This document shows, piece after piece, positions 52,036 to 61,881 of a DNA stretch of 64,000 nucleotides. The stretch's first letter is position 1, and every line of letters begins with the position of its first letter. Below the pieces are notes generated by a model. That model worked only from the letters and a program-made list of their open reading frames with translations, searched no databases and was not told the origin of the DNA. The stretch is from a bacterium (GTDB taxonomy: Bacteria; Zhuqueibacterota; QNDG01; JAGLOF01): NCBI GenBank assembly GCA_016934955.1, contig JAFGRY010000040.1:983-64982 (forward strand). The letters are read 5' to 3'. The position numbers and the translations under genes are program-made.

Positions 52036-53162
52036 AGGCTCGTCTTTCTTTTTCTGATTATGTAGATGAGGGCTGCGGCCCCCAGGACCAGGGCTACTCC
52101 CCCGGCCGCCACTTTACGGGTGATGCGCGTGAGAAACAGCGCGTTGTCTTCGATGTGGTGGATGGTCTCCCGGGATGTATCTTCGGCGGCGCTCTCAAGG
52201 ATATTCGTACGGAGCGGATCGGCCGGGCGGCCGGGAGCGGCCCGGAACCCGATGATCCGGCTCATTTCCGCTTTTACCCGGGGGTGTTCCACATCGAAAC
52301 CGAGCATCGCCGCCAGCTCCTCCTGTTCCCGAAACCCCCATTTCAGGGGTGCCATGGGACCCAGTTTCCAGGATTGGTCCAGACCGCATTCGCAGTCGGC
52401 GCCCACCACCGAGAGCAGATTAAGAAGCGTCTCCTGAGTAATGTCGGGACCGCTGATGACCGGGCCCATACGGCGGGCCCGTCCGTAGAGCACCGCGGCC
52501 TGCGGCGCGCGGCTGCGGCTGTCCATTCCCAGGCTCCAGAGCAGCACCGATTCAGCTTCCTTCCTGTTGACGGGGATGGTAATCACCGGAATGCCCTCAC
52601 GCACCTCTTTGGGCAGCAGCTCCCGCATCCCGCTGAACCGCTTCACCGCGGATGCGGCGGCCTGCTCCGGAATGGTGCCGGAGGCCCGCTCATCCCCTTC
52701 CAGGATGAGGATGACGGCAAACGACCGGACCAGTTCCTGCCGTATCCTCTCCCGTACCAGGGATCCGGCGGCCTGTTCCAGGAGCGACCAGATGATCGCC
52801 CTGAATCCCTTGCCCTCCCCGGGCGACATGGTAAGCCACCTTCCATCCGGGGAGACGAGGGCTCCCGCCGGCAGAGAAGCCCCGGATGCCTCCAGCCAGG
52901 TCCCTACGCTGCTGTCCGCCTGCGCCCTCATGATCAGCGACGCCTCGATGTTGCTGTTCAGCAGCAGCGCCCGGCTGACTGCTTCGAACTCCGCCCGCTC
53001 TTCTGCCGTCGCCTCCCGGTCAAGGACAAGATAGAGCCGGTACGGCCCCTCCGCCAGATCGGTGTACCCGATCTCCCTCACCGTGTAGCGGCAGGCATGG
53101 GCCGGAAGCAGCGGGAGGAGCAGTGCCGCTGATAAAAATCTGTATTTTAAAAGTTTGCTCAT
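52032..53162 (-). CDS. Hypothetical exported protein with C-terminal membrane anchor
   Basis: Signal peptide ending AHA-CRY; CECG motif; C-terminal TM with KRK tail; overlaps the permease start. Confidence 0.68.
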   Translation of the reverse strand: MSKLLKYRFLSAALLLPLLPAHACRYTVREIGYTDLAEGPYRLYLVLDREATAEERAEFEAVSRALLLNSNIEASLIMRAQADSSVGTWLEASGASLPAGALVSPDGRWLTMSPGEGKGFRAIIWSLLEQAAGSLVRERIRQELVRSFAVILILEGDERASGTIPEQAAASAVKRFSGMRELLPKEVREGIPVITIPVNRKEAESVLLWSLGMDSRSRAPQAAVLYGRARRMGPVISGPDITQETLLNLLSVVGADCECGLDQSWKLGPMAPLKWGFREQEELAAMLGFDVEHPRVKAEMSRIIGFRAAPGRPADPLRTNILESAAEDTSRETIHHIEDNALFLTRITRKVAAGGVALVLGAAALIYIIRKRKTSL

Positions 53163-53378
53163 AGGTCAAATATCTACTCATTCCACCTTGTGACAAGGTA
53201 ATATTAGCCGTTTCAAATCACTTTAGCACTTCAAAGAAAATATATCCTTTATATAAAATAGTATATTATATTTTCCCCTCTTTTGCTCAGTCTTTTTTCG
53301 TTTCTTCCGCGTCTTTCGTTGGCCCATTTCAGGGCGGCGGGGCCGGGTTCTGTCTCCTGTCTGCCGCCTCCTGTATCC

Positions 53379-54911
53379 TTATCTTTCGGGATAATTAGGC
53401 CCGTACACCATCCCCTGCTTTCGAATCTGCAGCCGTCCGTTCTTCACCCACTCGTCTCCCCGTTCGGACAGATGACGGACCATTCTCTGCCGCCAGAGCT
53501 TCAGAGTCCCCGCCCATTCCGGCTTACCGGACAATTGGGTCAGCTCCCCGGGATCGTTCTCAAGATCGAAGAGCTGTTCTTCTCCGGTCGGGAAGAAATA
53601 GATGTATTTGATCTTTCCGTCGGTGAGGGCGCACCAGTAATTTTCAGGAATGTAACAGGTCGAATGTTCCAGATCAATGTACTCGCGCCAGGAAGCGCCG
53701 GGATTCCTCACCAGCCGCAAGAGGCTGGCGCCATCCATGTCCGACGGTATCTCCCTGCCGGCGGCATCGAGAAAGGTGGGCAGCACATCCCGCAGTTCCA
53801 CCGGGCTGGGCAGCCGGCCGCCCCGTTTCACGCTCGTTTCCATTCCCTGCGGCCATTTCATGATAAACGGTATGTGAGCCGATCCTTCATAAGCGTAGGT
53901 CTTGCGCCAGTGACAATGATCGCCGAGCATGTCGCCGTGATCGGCGGTGAACATGATGAGTGAGTTCCCGTACATGCCCCGCCGTTTCAGTTCCCAGATA
54001 ATCTTCCCTATCTGCTCGTCGATAAAAGTGATATTCGCATAGTAGTGCCGACGGGAATTGACGGCGTGGGCGGTTCCGAAATCGCCGAATGCCGCATCCC
54101 TCGTGTCCGGGAAATCGGCGAATCCGGCACACCAGTCTCCCCGGTAAGGAATCGGAATATCGGTCTCCCGGTACATATCAAGAAACCGCTGGGGAGGATC
54201 GTAGGGGCTGTGGGGTCGGGCGAAGGAGACCTTGAGCAGCAGGGGCTGGTTCAGGTTGTAGTTGCGGATAAATTCCACAGCGGTCCTGCCGGTCCAGGCG
54301 GTCGGGTGCAGCTGCTCATCCAGGGCGTAGACCCCGGCCTGGTGCTCGTTCCAGCCGATGCCGGTGGCATCGGGGTCGAGCCCCGGGGCCTGCAGATGGA
54401 ACCAGTCATGGTAATCGCTGACGAATCCCTCCGTCTCCACCCGGCCGCTCTCGTCCACCAGGGTGCCGTGGAACCCGTGGGTCGTCTTCTGGGGATACCA
54501 GTGCATCTTGCCTATTCCGAATGTATAGTATCCGGCCTCCCGCAGCATGCGGGGCAGTTCATAGCGATAACGGCCGGCGACACGGCCGTAGCCGAGCATG
54601 CCGTGGTGCCAGGGCGACAATCCGGTGAGCAGCCCCGAGCGGGCCGGCGTGCAGCTTGGAGTCGCGGTGTAGCCGCAGCTGAACACTGCCCCGTCAGCGG
54701 CCAGGGAATCGATGTAGGGGGTCTTGATCGCCTCGTTGCCCATGCAGCCGAGACAGTCGCCCCGGTGCTGGTCGGTCATTATGTAAATGATGTGAGGCTG
54801 TGTTCCGCTGTAGGGATTCTCCTTCGCCACCCGGCATCGCACCCCCCCCAGCACCGCGCCCGCGGACGCCAGGGCGGAGGTTCTTAAGAAATCGCGTCGG
54901 GAAAAGAACAT
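53379..54911 (-). CDS. Tat-exported Cys-type arylsulfatase
   Basis: SRRDFL; IMTDQHRGD, CTPARSGLLTG, GKMHW, RPHSPYDP and ADHGDMLGDH. Confidence 0.92.
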   Translation of the reverse strand: MFFSRRDFLRTSALASAGAVLGGVRCRVAKENPYSGTQPHIIYIMTDQHRGDCLGCMGNEAIKTPYIDSLAADGAVFSCGYTATPSCTPARSGLLTGLSPWHHGMLGYGRVAGRYRYELPRMLREAGYYTFGIGKMHWYPQKTTHGFHGTLVDESGRVETEGFVSDYHDWFHLQAPGLDPDATGIGWNEHQAGVYALDEQLHPTAWTGRTAVEFIRNYNLNQPLLLKVSFARPHSPYDPPQRFLDMYRETDIPIPYRGDWCAGFADFPDTRDAAFGDFGTAHAVNSRRHYYANITFIDEQIGKIIWELKRRGMYGNSLIMFTADHGDMLGDHCHWRKTYAYEGSAHIPFIMKWPQGMETSVKRGGRLPSPVELRDVLPTFLDAAGREIPSDMDGASLLRLVRNPGASWREYIDLEHSTCYIPENYWCALTDGKIKYIYFFPTGEEQLFDLENDPGELTQLSGKPEWAGTLKLWRQRMVRHLSERGDEWVKNGRLQIRKQGMVYGPNYPER

Positions 54912-55026
54912 CAGTTTTCCTCAATATTAAAATCTGTGGTGATAATTGGATGCCAGACACGCCACTGGGCAATAGTATACATGTCATCGTCATGTATCTT
55001 CCGTCCCCATCACCCCGCCCATACGT

Positions 55027-55150
55027 CTCCAACGAAAAGCTCAAAAGACACGAAAAACTTCAATTCCCATATTACTTCCGTGATTTTCGTTTCTTTCGTT
55101 GGAGTCTGCCGGGGAGGGGGAGCCGGGTTTTGTCTCCGGTCTCCGGATTT
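55027..55150. repeat. Dispersed intergenic repeat with inverted arms (related copies near 44085-44160 and 53295-53378)
   Basis: CTCCAACGAAA...TTTCGTTGGAG inverted repeat followed by GGG...GTCTCCGGTCTCC; the TTTCGTTGG core and GTCTC tail recur at two other gene ends. Confidence 0.5.
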
Positions 55151-56365
55151 TTAAACAAACGCCTTCGGATTCAAATGCTCCACCTCGAACAGGTCCCTGG
55201 CGGCCAGCACTCCCACGCCCAGGGCGCCGGAACGGTGTCCCAGCCGTGACAGGGCGAACGCGACATTGTCATTGACGTGATCCATGGAATAGCGCCTGGC
55301 CGCCTCCACCGCCGTGTTGAAAAAGAACTCGGCCCGGGAGATGCGGCCGCCGAGAATGATCAGTTCCGGGTTGAACAGGTTGATCACCTGCCCGAGGCCG
55401 TAGCCGAGCTTTTGCGCCGCATTCACAATGATTGTTTTACAGAGCTCATCTCCGCCCGCGGCAGCCTCCACGATCATCTTCGCGTCCGGGCCTTCAGGCC
55501 GGTTCCGGCACACCTCATGAAGGGCCGTACTTTCCCCGGCCATCATGGCGGCTGCGGCGGCGGCAGCTATCGACTGGCCGGAGGCATAGGTTTCCAGGCA
55601 TCCCTGGTTACCGCAGTAACAGGGATTCCCGTTCGGTTCGACCTGCAGGTGGCCGAATTCCCCCGCGTAGCCGTCGTTCCCGTAATAGACGCGGCCGTTG
55701 GAGATGATGCCCATACCCAGACCCCAGCCCACGTTGACGCAGAGCACGTTCCGCCGGCCCTTGGCGCCGCCGAACCAGAGCTCTCCCAGGGCCATGGCCT
55801 TGACATCGTGCTCGATGTGCACGGGCTTCCCGAACCGTTCCGTCAGCACCTGCCGCAGGGGCCCTTCTTCGAAATTGAAATAGGAATGGCTCATTCCCCG
55901 GACTCCCTGGACAATACCCGGTAACGAAACCCCCAGACCCAGGACCCTGTCCCAGTCAACCCCGGCGCCGCCCAGAATATCCTGTATTTCCTGATGAAGG
56001 GTATTGACAATGGCGGGATCGTTGCTCAATTTCACCGATTTTCTCCGTTCGTCCGCGACAATGTTCTGCGCCAGATCGAGCAGGACGAAATTGGTATTGA
56101 CCCGTCCGATATCGATGCCGAGAATATAGCCCGCTTCTCCCTTCAGCCGCACCTGGGAGGGCGGGCGTCCGACCTGGGAATGATACTCCTGCTCGACATC
56201 GAGAAGCATGCCCTCTTCTTTGAGTGACTGTACCAGGGAGATCACCACCGGCAGGCTGATGCCGGTGATATTTTTCAGATCTGAAAATGACAGGGTACCA
56301 TGATCGAGGAGAGCCCGCAGAATGAGATTGCGGCGGATGCGGTTTTTTTGTTTGACCTTCCCCAT
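55151..56365 (-). CDS. ROK family transcriptional regulator (NagC/XylR-like)
   Basis: N-terminal HTH, GRPP, GIDIG, EHDVKA, AGEFGH and CYCGNQGCLE. Confidence 0.9.
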   Translation of the reverse strand: MGKVKQKNRIRRNLILRALLDHGTLSFSDLKNITGISLPVVISLVQSLKEEGMLLDVEQEYHSQVGRPPSQVRLKGEAGYILGIDIGRVNTNFVLLDLAQNIVADERRKSVKLSNDPAIVNTLHQEIQDILGGAGVDWDRVLGLGVSLPGIVQGVRGMSHSYFNFEEGPLRQVLTERFGKPVHIEHDVKAMALGELWFGGAKGRRNVLCVNVGWGLGMGIISNGRVYYGNDGYAGEFGHLQVEPNGNPCYCGNQGCLETYASGQSIAAAAAAAMMAGESTALHEVCRNRPEGPDAKMIVEAAAGGDELCKTIIVNAAQKLGYGLGQVINLFNPELIILGGRISRAEFFFNTAVEAARRYSMDHVNDNVAFALSRLGHRSGALGVGVLAARDLFEVEHLNPKAFV

Positions 56366-56458
56366 AGCACCTGAGCCATTGATAAACGGATAGCGGGTAT
56401 CCGGGACAGGATGGATCAGAAGCGTCGGTGCCAGCCGTACCTGAGCGGCGGTCACTGC

Positions 56459-57532
56459 CTAACGAACCGTAACGCCCTCTCCCGGTTGTATAATATAGGC
56501 TTTTCCGCCGGCTTTTTCAATGGCTTCCGCAACTTTTTCCGGTTTATCGGGCGCGTAGGCGAACATGCAGCCCCCGCCGCCTGATCCGTTTATTTTGCCG
56601 CCGAAGGCACCGGCCCCGAGAGCCGCCTCGAGCATCCGGTCAATCTTGGGTGTGGAAATATGAAGGATATCGCGCAGAATATGGTGATGCTGGTTGAGCA
56701 GTTCACCGATACGGCGGTGGTCGGTGGTATCCGCTTCCAGTACCAGTTTCGCCTCCCGGGTGAGCGCGTGATTCACCACGGTCCCCTTGAGCAGTTCCAT
56801 CTGGGCGGAAGAAAGGTGCTGGCTGTAGCGGTAGAGCTCCTCGACTCTCGTTTCGCGCAGGGAAAATGCTTTATACCATTTGACCAGATGATCAACAATC
56901 TCCAGTACCGGCTCCTTGACCCGTGCCAGGATCGTCTTGGTCTCTTTCGGCTCCCCCGAATCCCCCAGGACAAACGTACCCAGCGATGCACCGAGCGCGG
57001 TAACCGTGGTTTCGGGAAAAAAATCGAGGTAGATCACCCCTCCCATGGCCGTCGAATAATGATCCATCATGCCGCCGGGCTCTCTGAACTCGGTCACTTC
57101 CGCCGCGTGGGCCAGCCGGGCCACTTCCATGGGATCACACTCCGGACATTCGTCCGCCAGCTCCATGAGAAAACGGATCCAGGCCACCATCAGGGCCGAG
57201 GAGCTGGATGTACCGGAATTGATGGGTATATCACCCCGTACGGTGCAGTCGGCCCCGTGTCTGAACCGGATTCCGTGCCGCAGCAGCAGATTGACCGCGC
57301 TGCGGTTGTAGTCCCGTTCCCTGATATAGGCCTGCTCCTCAGCAAGTGAGAAGCTGTCCGATGATTGGATATCGGGCAGCTCGAGATTGACGGTCATGTC
57401 ATCTCTTGCGTAGCCCTTCACGCCGACCCTGAGGGAGATCGCGCAGGGAATGACCGGAAGATGCAGATAATCCTGATGCTCGCCGAAAAGGCAGATACGG
57501 CCCGGTGCGGAGGTTTCTATCGGTGTGATCAT
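56459..57532 (-). CDS. GHMP family sugar kinase (galactokinase-like)
   Basis: APGRICLFGEHQDY, IPINSGTSSSSA, GMMD and GGKINGSGGGG. Confidence 0.85.
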   Translation of the reverse strand: MITPIETSAPGRICLFGEHQDYLHLPVIPCAISLRVGVKGYARDDMTVNLELPDIQSSDSFSLAEEQAYIRERDYNRSAVNLLLRHGIRFRHGADCTVRGDIPINSGTSSSSALMVAWIRFLMELADECPECDPMEVARLAHAAEVTEFREPGGMMDHYSTAMGGVIYLDFFPETTVTALGASLGTFVLGDSGEPKETKTILARVKEPVLEIVDHLVKWYKAFSLRETRVEELYRYSQHLSSAQMELLKGTVVNHALTREAKLVLEADTTDHRRIGELLNQHHHILRDILHISTPKIDRMLEAALGAGAFGGKINGSGGGGCMFAYAPDKPEKVAEAIEKAGGKAYIIQPGEGVTVR

Positions 57533-57583
57533 GCAGGCTTCCTAACTGTCTGTTCAGGATCAGGTTCCTCGGTGAGGATCCGC

Positions 57584-58288
57584 TCATTGTTCACTGCAGT
57601 GTACTTCTATATTGGTGACCGCATCAAGCGCCGTGGTGATACCGGTCAGGTCAGCGATGATCCTGCCGGTGGCCACCCATTGATCGGACCGCCCGACGGC
57701 GTTCATTACGGCCCTGCTGCCCGGCAGCGCCGTAATGTCGCCCTCATACACAAGGGACGGCTGTCCGTTCACTTCCGGATCGGGCATGCCTGTTTCATCC
57801 CGGTAGGGGAAATCCCGGTTGAAATCGGCCGAGAGATTCACTTCCACATAGCAGCGCCACCGGGATCCCCGCTCGACCGCGGTGCTGACGCTGAAGGGAC
57901 CGCCGTCGGGCGTGGCGCCGGTGACCGCGTCCAGGAGCCGCTTGAGCAGCCCCCGGGCCTGAAAGTCGCTTTTTTCCGCCCGGTGACGGTACTCCCATAT
58001 GGGCAGGGCCGTGGGACATTCAAACTTGCCCTTCCAGAGCCGTCTGCCGGCCCGGTTGGCCACCCATACCGTTCGTATCGTTCCGGTTTCGGGATGGGCG
58101 AGCCAGATCGCGATCTGGGGCGGCTCTCCGAAATTGGTCTGTTCATAGACCGATTCATGCACGGTCATGCTGAACCGCAGGCTGACCCGGTCATCGGGTA
58201 CGGGACAGGTAAATGGTGCCGGGGACCGCTCCCCGGGGCCTGTCGTACCAATCGCGAGCAGGAAAAGCCCGGTCGACAATCGCTTCAT
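57584..58288 (-). CDS. Exported hypothetical protein (DUF2271-like)
   Basis: PQIAIW, RTVWV, ALPIW, LDAVTGATP and NGQPSLVY. Confidence 0.6.
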   Translation of the reverse strand: MKRLSTGLFLLAIGTTGPGERSPAPFTCPVPDDRVSLRFSMTVHESVYEQTNFGEPPQIAIWLAHPETGTIRTVWVANRAGRRLWKGKFECPTALPIWEYRHRAEKSDFQARGLLKRLLDAVTGATPDGGPFSVSTAVERGSRWRCYVEVNLSADFNRDFPYRDETGMPDPEVNGQPSLVYEGDITALPGSRAVMNAVGRSDQWVATGRIIADLTGITTALDAVTNIEVHCSEQ

Positions 58289-58295
58289 CGCACCT

Positions 58296-59657
58296 CTAGA
58301 CAACGATCCCGATCGGTTCCCTGGTTTTCCACATGCCCCGGGTAAAATCGGGGATCTTGACCGGTTTGCTGCCGTGGGCCACGGAGATCTCGGTAGCTTC
58401 GCTGATGGCGCTCCAGGCCGCCGCGTCATACACATCAAGGTCGGTGGGTTCACCCTTCAGGATCGCCTGAACCAGGCGGTAGTCTTCGAGATAGTCCATG
58501 CCGCCGTGCCCGGCGCCCGCCGCCTTGTCGCCCACGCTCTTCCAGAGGGGATGATCGTACTCTTCCCGGTAGTTCTCGATATCCTCCCAGCCGTGCCCTT
58601 CGGTACGGCCTTCGATGTGGATGCGGTCCGGGTAGCCCTGCACGATCCCTTTGGTGCCCTGGATCATGTCGATGCGGCTGTAGGGACGGGGCAGATTGGT
58701 ATCATGGGAGAGGTAAATGGTCCTGCCTTTCTGCGTCATGATCATGGAAGTATTGATGTCGCCCAGTTTGTAGGTTGCCTTGCTGAATTCATGATCGGGA
58801 CCGAGTTTCTCTTTGGCGTACGCCTGCAGCCCGCGGCTGGGGCTGCTCATGGAGACCAGGTAGTCGAAGCGGTCGCCGCGGTTGATGTTCATGTACCAGG
58901 CGATGGGGCCGAGGCCGTGGGTGGGGTAGAGATTGCCGTTGCGCTTCATGCTGTGATACACACGCCAGTCTCCCTGGTAGAGTCCGCCCAGCTTGTAGTT
59001 GCGCAGGTCGTGCAGGTAGCCGCCCTCACCGTGCAGGATCTCGCCCAGCAGTCCCTGGCGGATCATGTTCAGCACCATCATGGCCCGGCGTTCGTAGTTG
59101 CAGTTTTCCATCATGACGCAGTGCTTGTTGTACTTCTCGGCAGTTTCCACCAGTTTCCAGCAGTCGTCGATGGTGACCGCGGCCGGCACCTCGGTGGCCG
59201 CGTGCTTGCCGTTCTCCATGGCCGCCACGCAGACCGGCACGTGCCAGTTCCAGGGCGTGGCCGTGTAGACGAGGTCCAGGTCTTCGTTCTCGCACATGCG
59301 GATGAAATCGTATTCGCCGTTGGAGTAGCCTGCCGGTTTCGGCCGGCCCGACTGCTCGACCCATTTCTGCATCCGTTCCACTCGTTCCGGAACGAGGTCG
59401 CAGATGGCTTTGATCTCGACGTTCTCGATGTTGATGAAGTTGCGCACGTGGCCGGAGCCCTGCATGCCGGTGCCCACGAAGCCCACGCGCAGTTTTTCCA
59501 TGGGTTCGTTGGTCACGACTGAGGGTTTGGTGGAGAGTTTCTTGCCGGTGGAGCAGGACGCCATGCCCAGTCCCGCCACGGCCAGGCCGGCCGCGCCAAT
59601 GTGCAGAAAATCACGGCGGCTGACGCCCGATGCGGATGTTCCCTCTTTCTCTTTCAT
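58296..59657 (-). CDS. GH109 NAD-dependent alpha-N-acetylgalactosaminidase (Gfo/Idh/MocA fold), Tat lipoprotein
   Basis: SRRDFL plus MASC; GFVGTG, ATPWNWH, EVPAA, MENCNY, NLYPTHGLGP and GHGGMDY. Confidence 0.88.
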   Translation of the reverse strand: MKEKEGTSASGVSRRDFLHIGAAGLAVAGLGMASCSTGKKLSTKPSVVTNEPMEKLRVGFVGTGMQGSGHVRNFINIENVEIKAICDLVPERVERMQKWVEQSGRPKPAGYSNGEYDFIRMCENEDLDLVYTATPWNWHVPVCVAAMENGKHAATEVPAAVTIDDCWKLVETAEKYNKHCVMMENCNYERRAMMVLNMIRQGLLGEILHGEGGYLHDLRNYKLGGLYQGDWRVYHSMKRNGNLYPTHGLGPIAWYMNINRGDRFDYLVSMSSPSRGLQAYAKEKLGPDHEFSKATYKLGDINTSMIMTQKGRTIYLSHDTNLPRPYSRIDMIQGTKGIVQGYPDRIHIEGRTEGHGWEDIENYREEYDHPLWKSVGDKAAGAGHGGMDYLEDYRLVQAILKGEPTDLDVYDAAAWSAISEATEISVAHGSKPVKIPDFTRGMWKTREPIGIVV

Positions 59658-59911
59658 TGCCGGTCCCCTTTCTGGCTGATATTGAGAAATATGACGACAG
59701 AACTCGCTCAGGGGGAAGGATGCTAATTCCCGCGGATGGTATTCCTTAAGCATTGATAAAAATTGTATCCAACAGTTTAGCACATCGGAGGGATTTAGTC
59801 AAGAGGATATTTAAAAAATTTTAAAAACTAGAGGAGAGAGGGAGAGCAGAGGTTAGAGGAAATCAATTTAACTCAGAGTCCTAGGAAAATTAATGGACTT
59901 AATTCTCGTTT

Positions 59912-61732
59912 TTAAATTGCTTGTTCTTCACACATCTGTTGATAAAATGAATCTGTAGAATTAAGTTCCTCATGAGTACCGATATTCTTGATTTCACCAT
60001 TATTGAGGATGATAATCTTGTCTGCGGCAATTATTGTAGAAAGTCTGTGGGCGATAACGAATGTTGTTTTGTTGTTTTTATTATTCGTGATAAGATTTTT
60101 AATCGATTTTTCTGTTATTGCGTCCAGGGCAGATGTGGGTTCGTCAAAAATAAGTATATCGGGGTTTTTCAAAAGGACGCGTGCAATTGAAATTCTCTGT
60201 TTCTGGCCAACAGATAATTTAATCCCTCTTTCCCCTATTCGTGTTTCATATCCATTTTCAAAACTGCTGATAAATTCATGGGCCATTGCAGCCTTTGAGC
60301 AAGCGACAACATCTGACTCACTTGCTTCGATTCGGCTATATTTTATATTATTACTTATTGAGTCGTCAAATAAAAATGTTTCTTGTGACACAATCCCTAT
60401 TCTCTGCCTTAAAGAATCAAGACTGATCATGGAAAAATCGATGCCATCGAACAATATTCTACCACTCTGCGGCTGATAAAGGCTTATAATCAGATTAATT
60501 AGAGTACTCTTCCCCGCACCCGTGGGGCCTATGATAGCGATCATTTCACCGGGATGAGCAGTAAAATTAACATTCTTCAACACCGGTGAATGATTATATG
60601 AAAAACAAACATCAGAGAATTGTACATGCCCGTTTAATTTACTTACGTGTATTTTTGTATCATCTTTTTCATCCTCCGGGATAATTGAAAAAAGTGAGAA
60701 TACTCTTTCCAAAGCAGCAAACGAAGATTGCAGAGAGATATTGACCTGTGTCAAAAATTGAGCAGAGCCATATAAATTCGCTAAATATCCATTGAAAGCG
60801 ACAAAACTGCCAATAGTCATATGTCCGGTTATAATTTCAGTTGCGCCATACCAAAGAATGTAGATTGACCCTGCTGAAGAAATTAAGCCAATAACAAATT
60901 GTGAAAATGAGCTTAAGACATTCTGTTCTACACTTGCATCAACAGCATTTTTTAAGGAATCATATATTTTCTTTGTTTCATCTTTTTCAGTCGCAAAGGT
61001 TTTAATTAGTTCGACACCGGAAATTGACTCGTTTATATATTGTGATACCTGTGCCCCTTTTTCCATTGACTTATGCCCAAGTAACCGGGTTTTCTTGCCA
61101 AAGAAACGTACTGAAGTAATAAAAAATGGTAGAATAATTGAGGCAATCAAGGTCAACTTCCAATGTAAAAAAAACATTATTATGATGGTACCAATAAAAA
61201 TAAAACTTTTGGTTAATGCCTGGATAAGTGTACTCGAAAACAGCAACCGTAGTTTGAAGACATCTCCGATAAGACGGGACATTAGATAACCCGTCGACTT
61301 GTTATCAAAAAATGATTTAGGGAACCGCAGCACACGTGTAAATAATTTATGCTGTATAGAAAGGATGATCTTCTGTTCAAATGTAAAGAATATATAATTT
61401 TGAATAAAGGATATAATAAAACCAAAAAAAATTAGAACTGATAATCCGATGATAACCGGAATCAGAAGGTTCCGGTCCCCTAAAATTATAACATTATCAA
61501 TAATGAATTTTACAAAGAGCGGTTTTGGTAAAATTAGAAGTGAACTGATTATTAATAAAATTGTTGCTGTTAAACCGTGTCTCAAATTTGGTCTAATAAA
61601 CGGCCACAACTTACTAAAATATTCAAATTGAAATTTATTACACTCATTAATTTCAACATCTGATGTTTCTTGATATTCTTTCCTGGATATCGGATTTGTA
61701 AAAATTCGCTTAAGTGTTTTAATGATATTCAT
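59912..61732 (-). CDS. ABC exporter, fused permease and ATPase (no C39 peptidase domain)
   Basis: About 6 TM; GPTGAGKS, LSVGQKQR, IFDEPTSALD and IAHRLST. Confidence 0.92.
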   Translation of the reverse strand: MNIIKTLKRIFTNPISRKEYQETSDVEINECNKFQFEYFSKLWPFIRPNLRHGLTATILLIISSLLILPKPLFVKFIIDNVIILGDRNLLIPVIIGLSVLIFFGFIISFIQNYIFFTFEQKIILSIQHKLFTRVLRFPKSFFDNKSTGYLMSRLIGDVFKLRLLFSSTLIQALTKSFIFIGTIIIMFFLHWKLTLIASIILPFFITSVRFFGKKTRLLGHKSMEKGAQVSQYINESISGVELIKTFATEKDETKKIYDSLKNAVDASVEQNVLSSFSQFVIGLISSAGSIYILWYGATEIITGHMTIGSFVAFNGYLANLYGSAQFLTQVNISLQSSFAALERVFSLFSIIPEDEKDDTKIHVSKLNGHVQFSDVCFSYNHSPVLKNVNFTAHPGEMIAIIGPTGAGKSTLINLIISLYQPQSGRILFDGIDFSMISLDSLRQRIGIVSQETFLFDDSISNNIKYSRIEASESDVVACSKAAMAHEFISSFENGYETRIGERGIKLSVGQKQRISIARVLLKNPDILIFDEPTSALDAITEKSIKNLITNNKNNKTTFVIAHRLSTIIAADKIIILNNGEIKNIGTHEELNSTDSFYQQMCEEQAI

Positions 61733-61881
61733 TATATTAATATTTATTATTTAAAAGCCAGCCCCCTCGTCACACAAACAGACAACTGAGAGATTAACTA
61801 TAAATAATTAGCACCAAGAGGGATTTTGACATATTCCCAGTAAATAATGCAAAACAAAACGAGGAGTGCTTGCAATTACTA

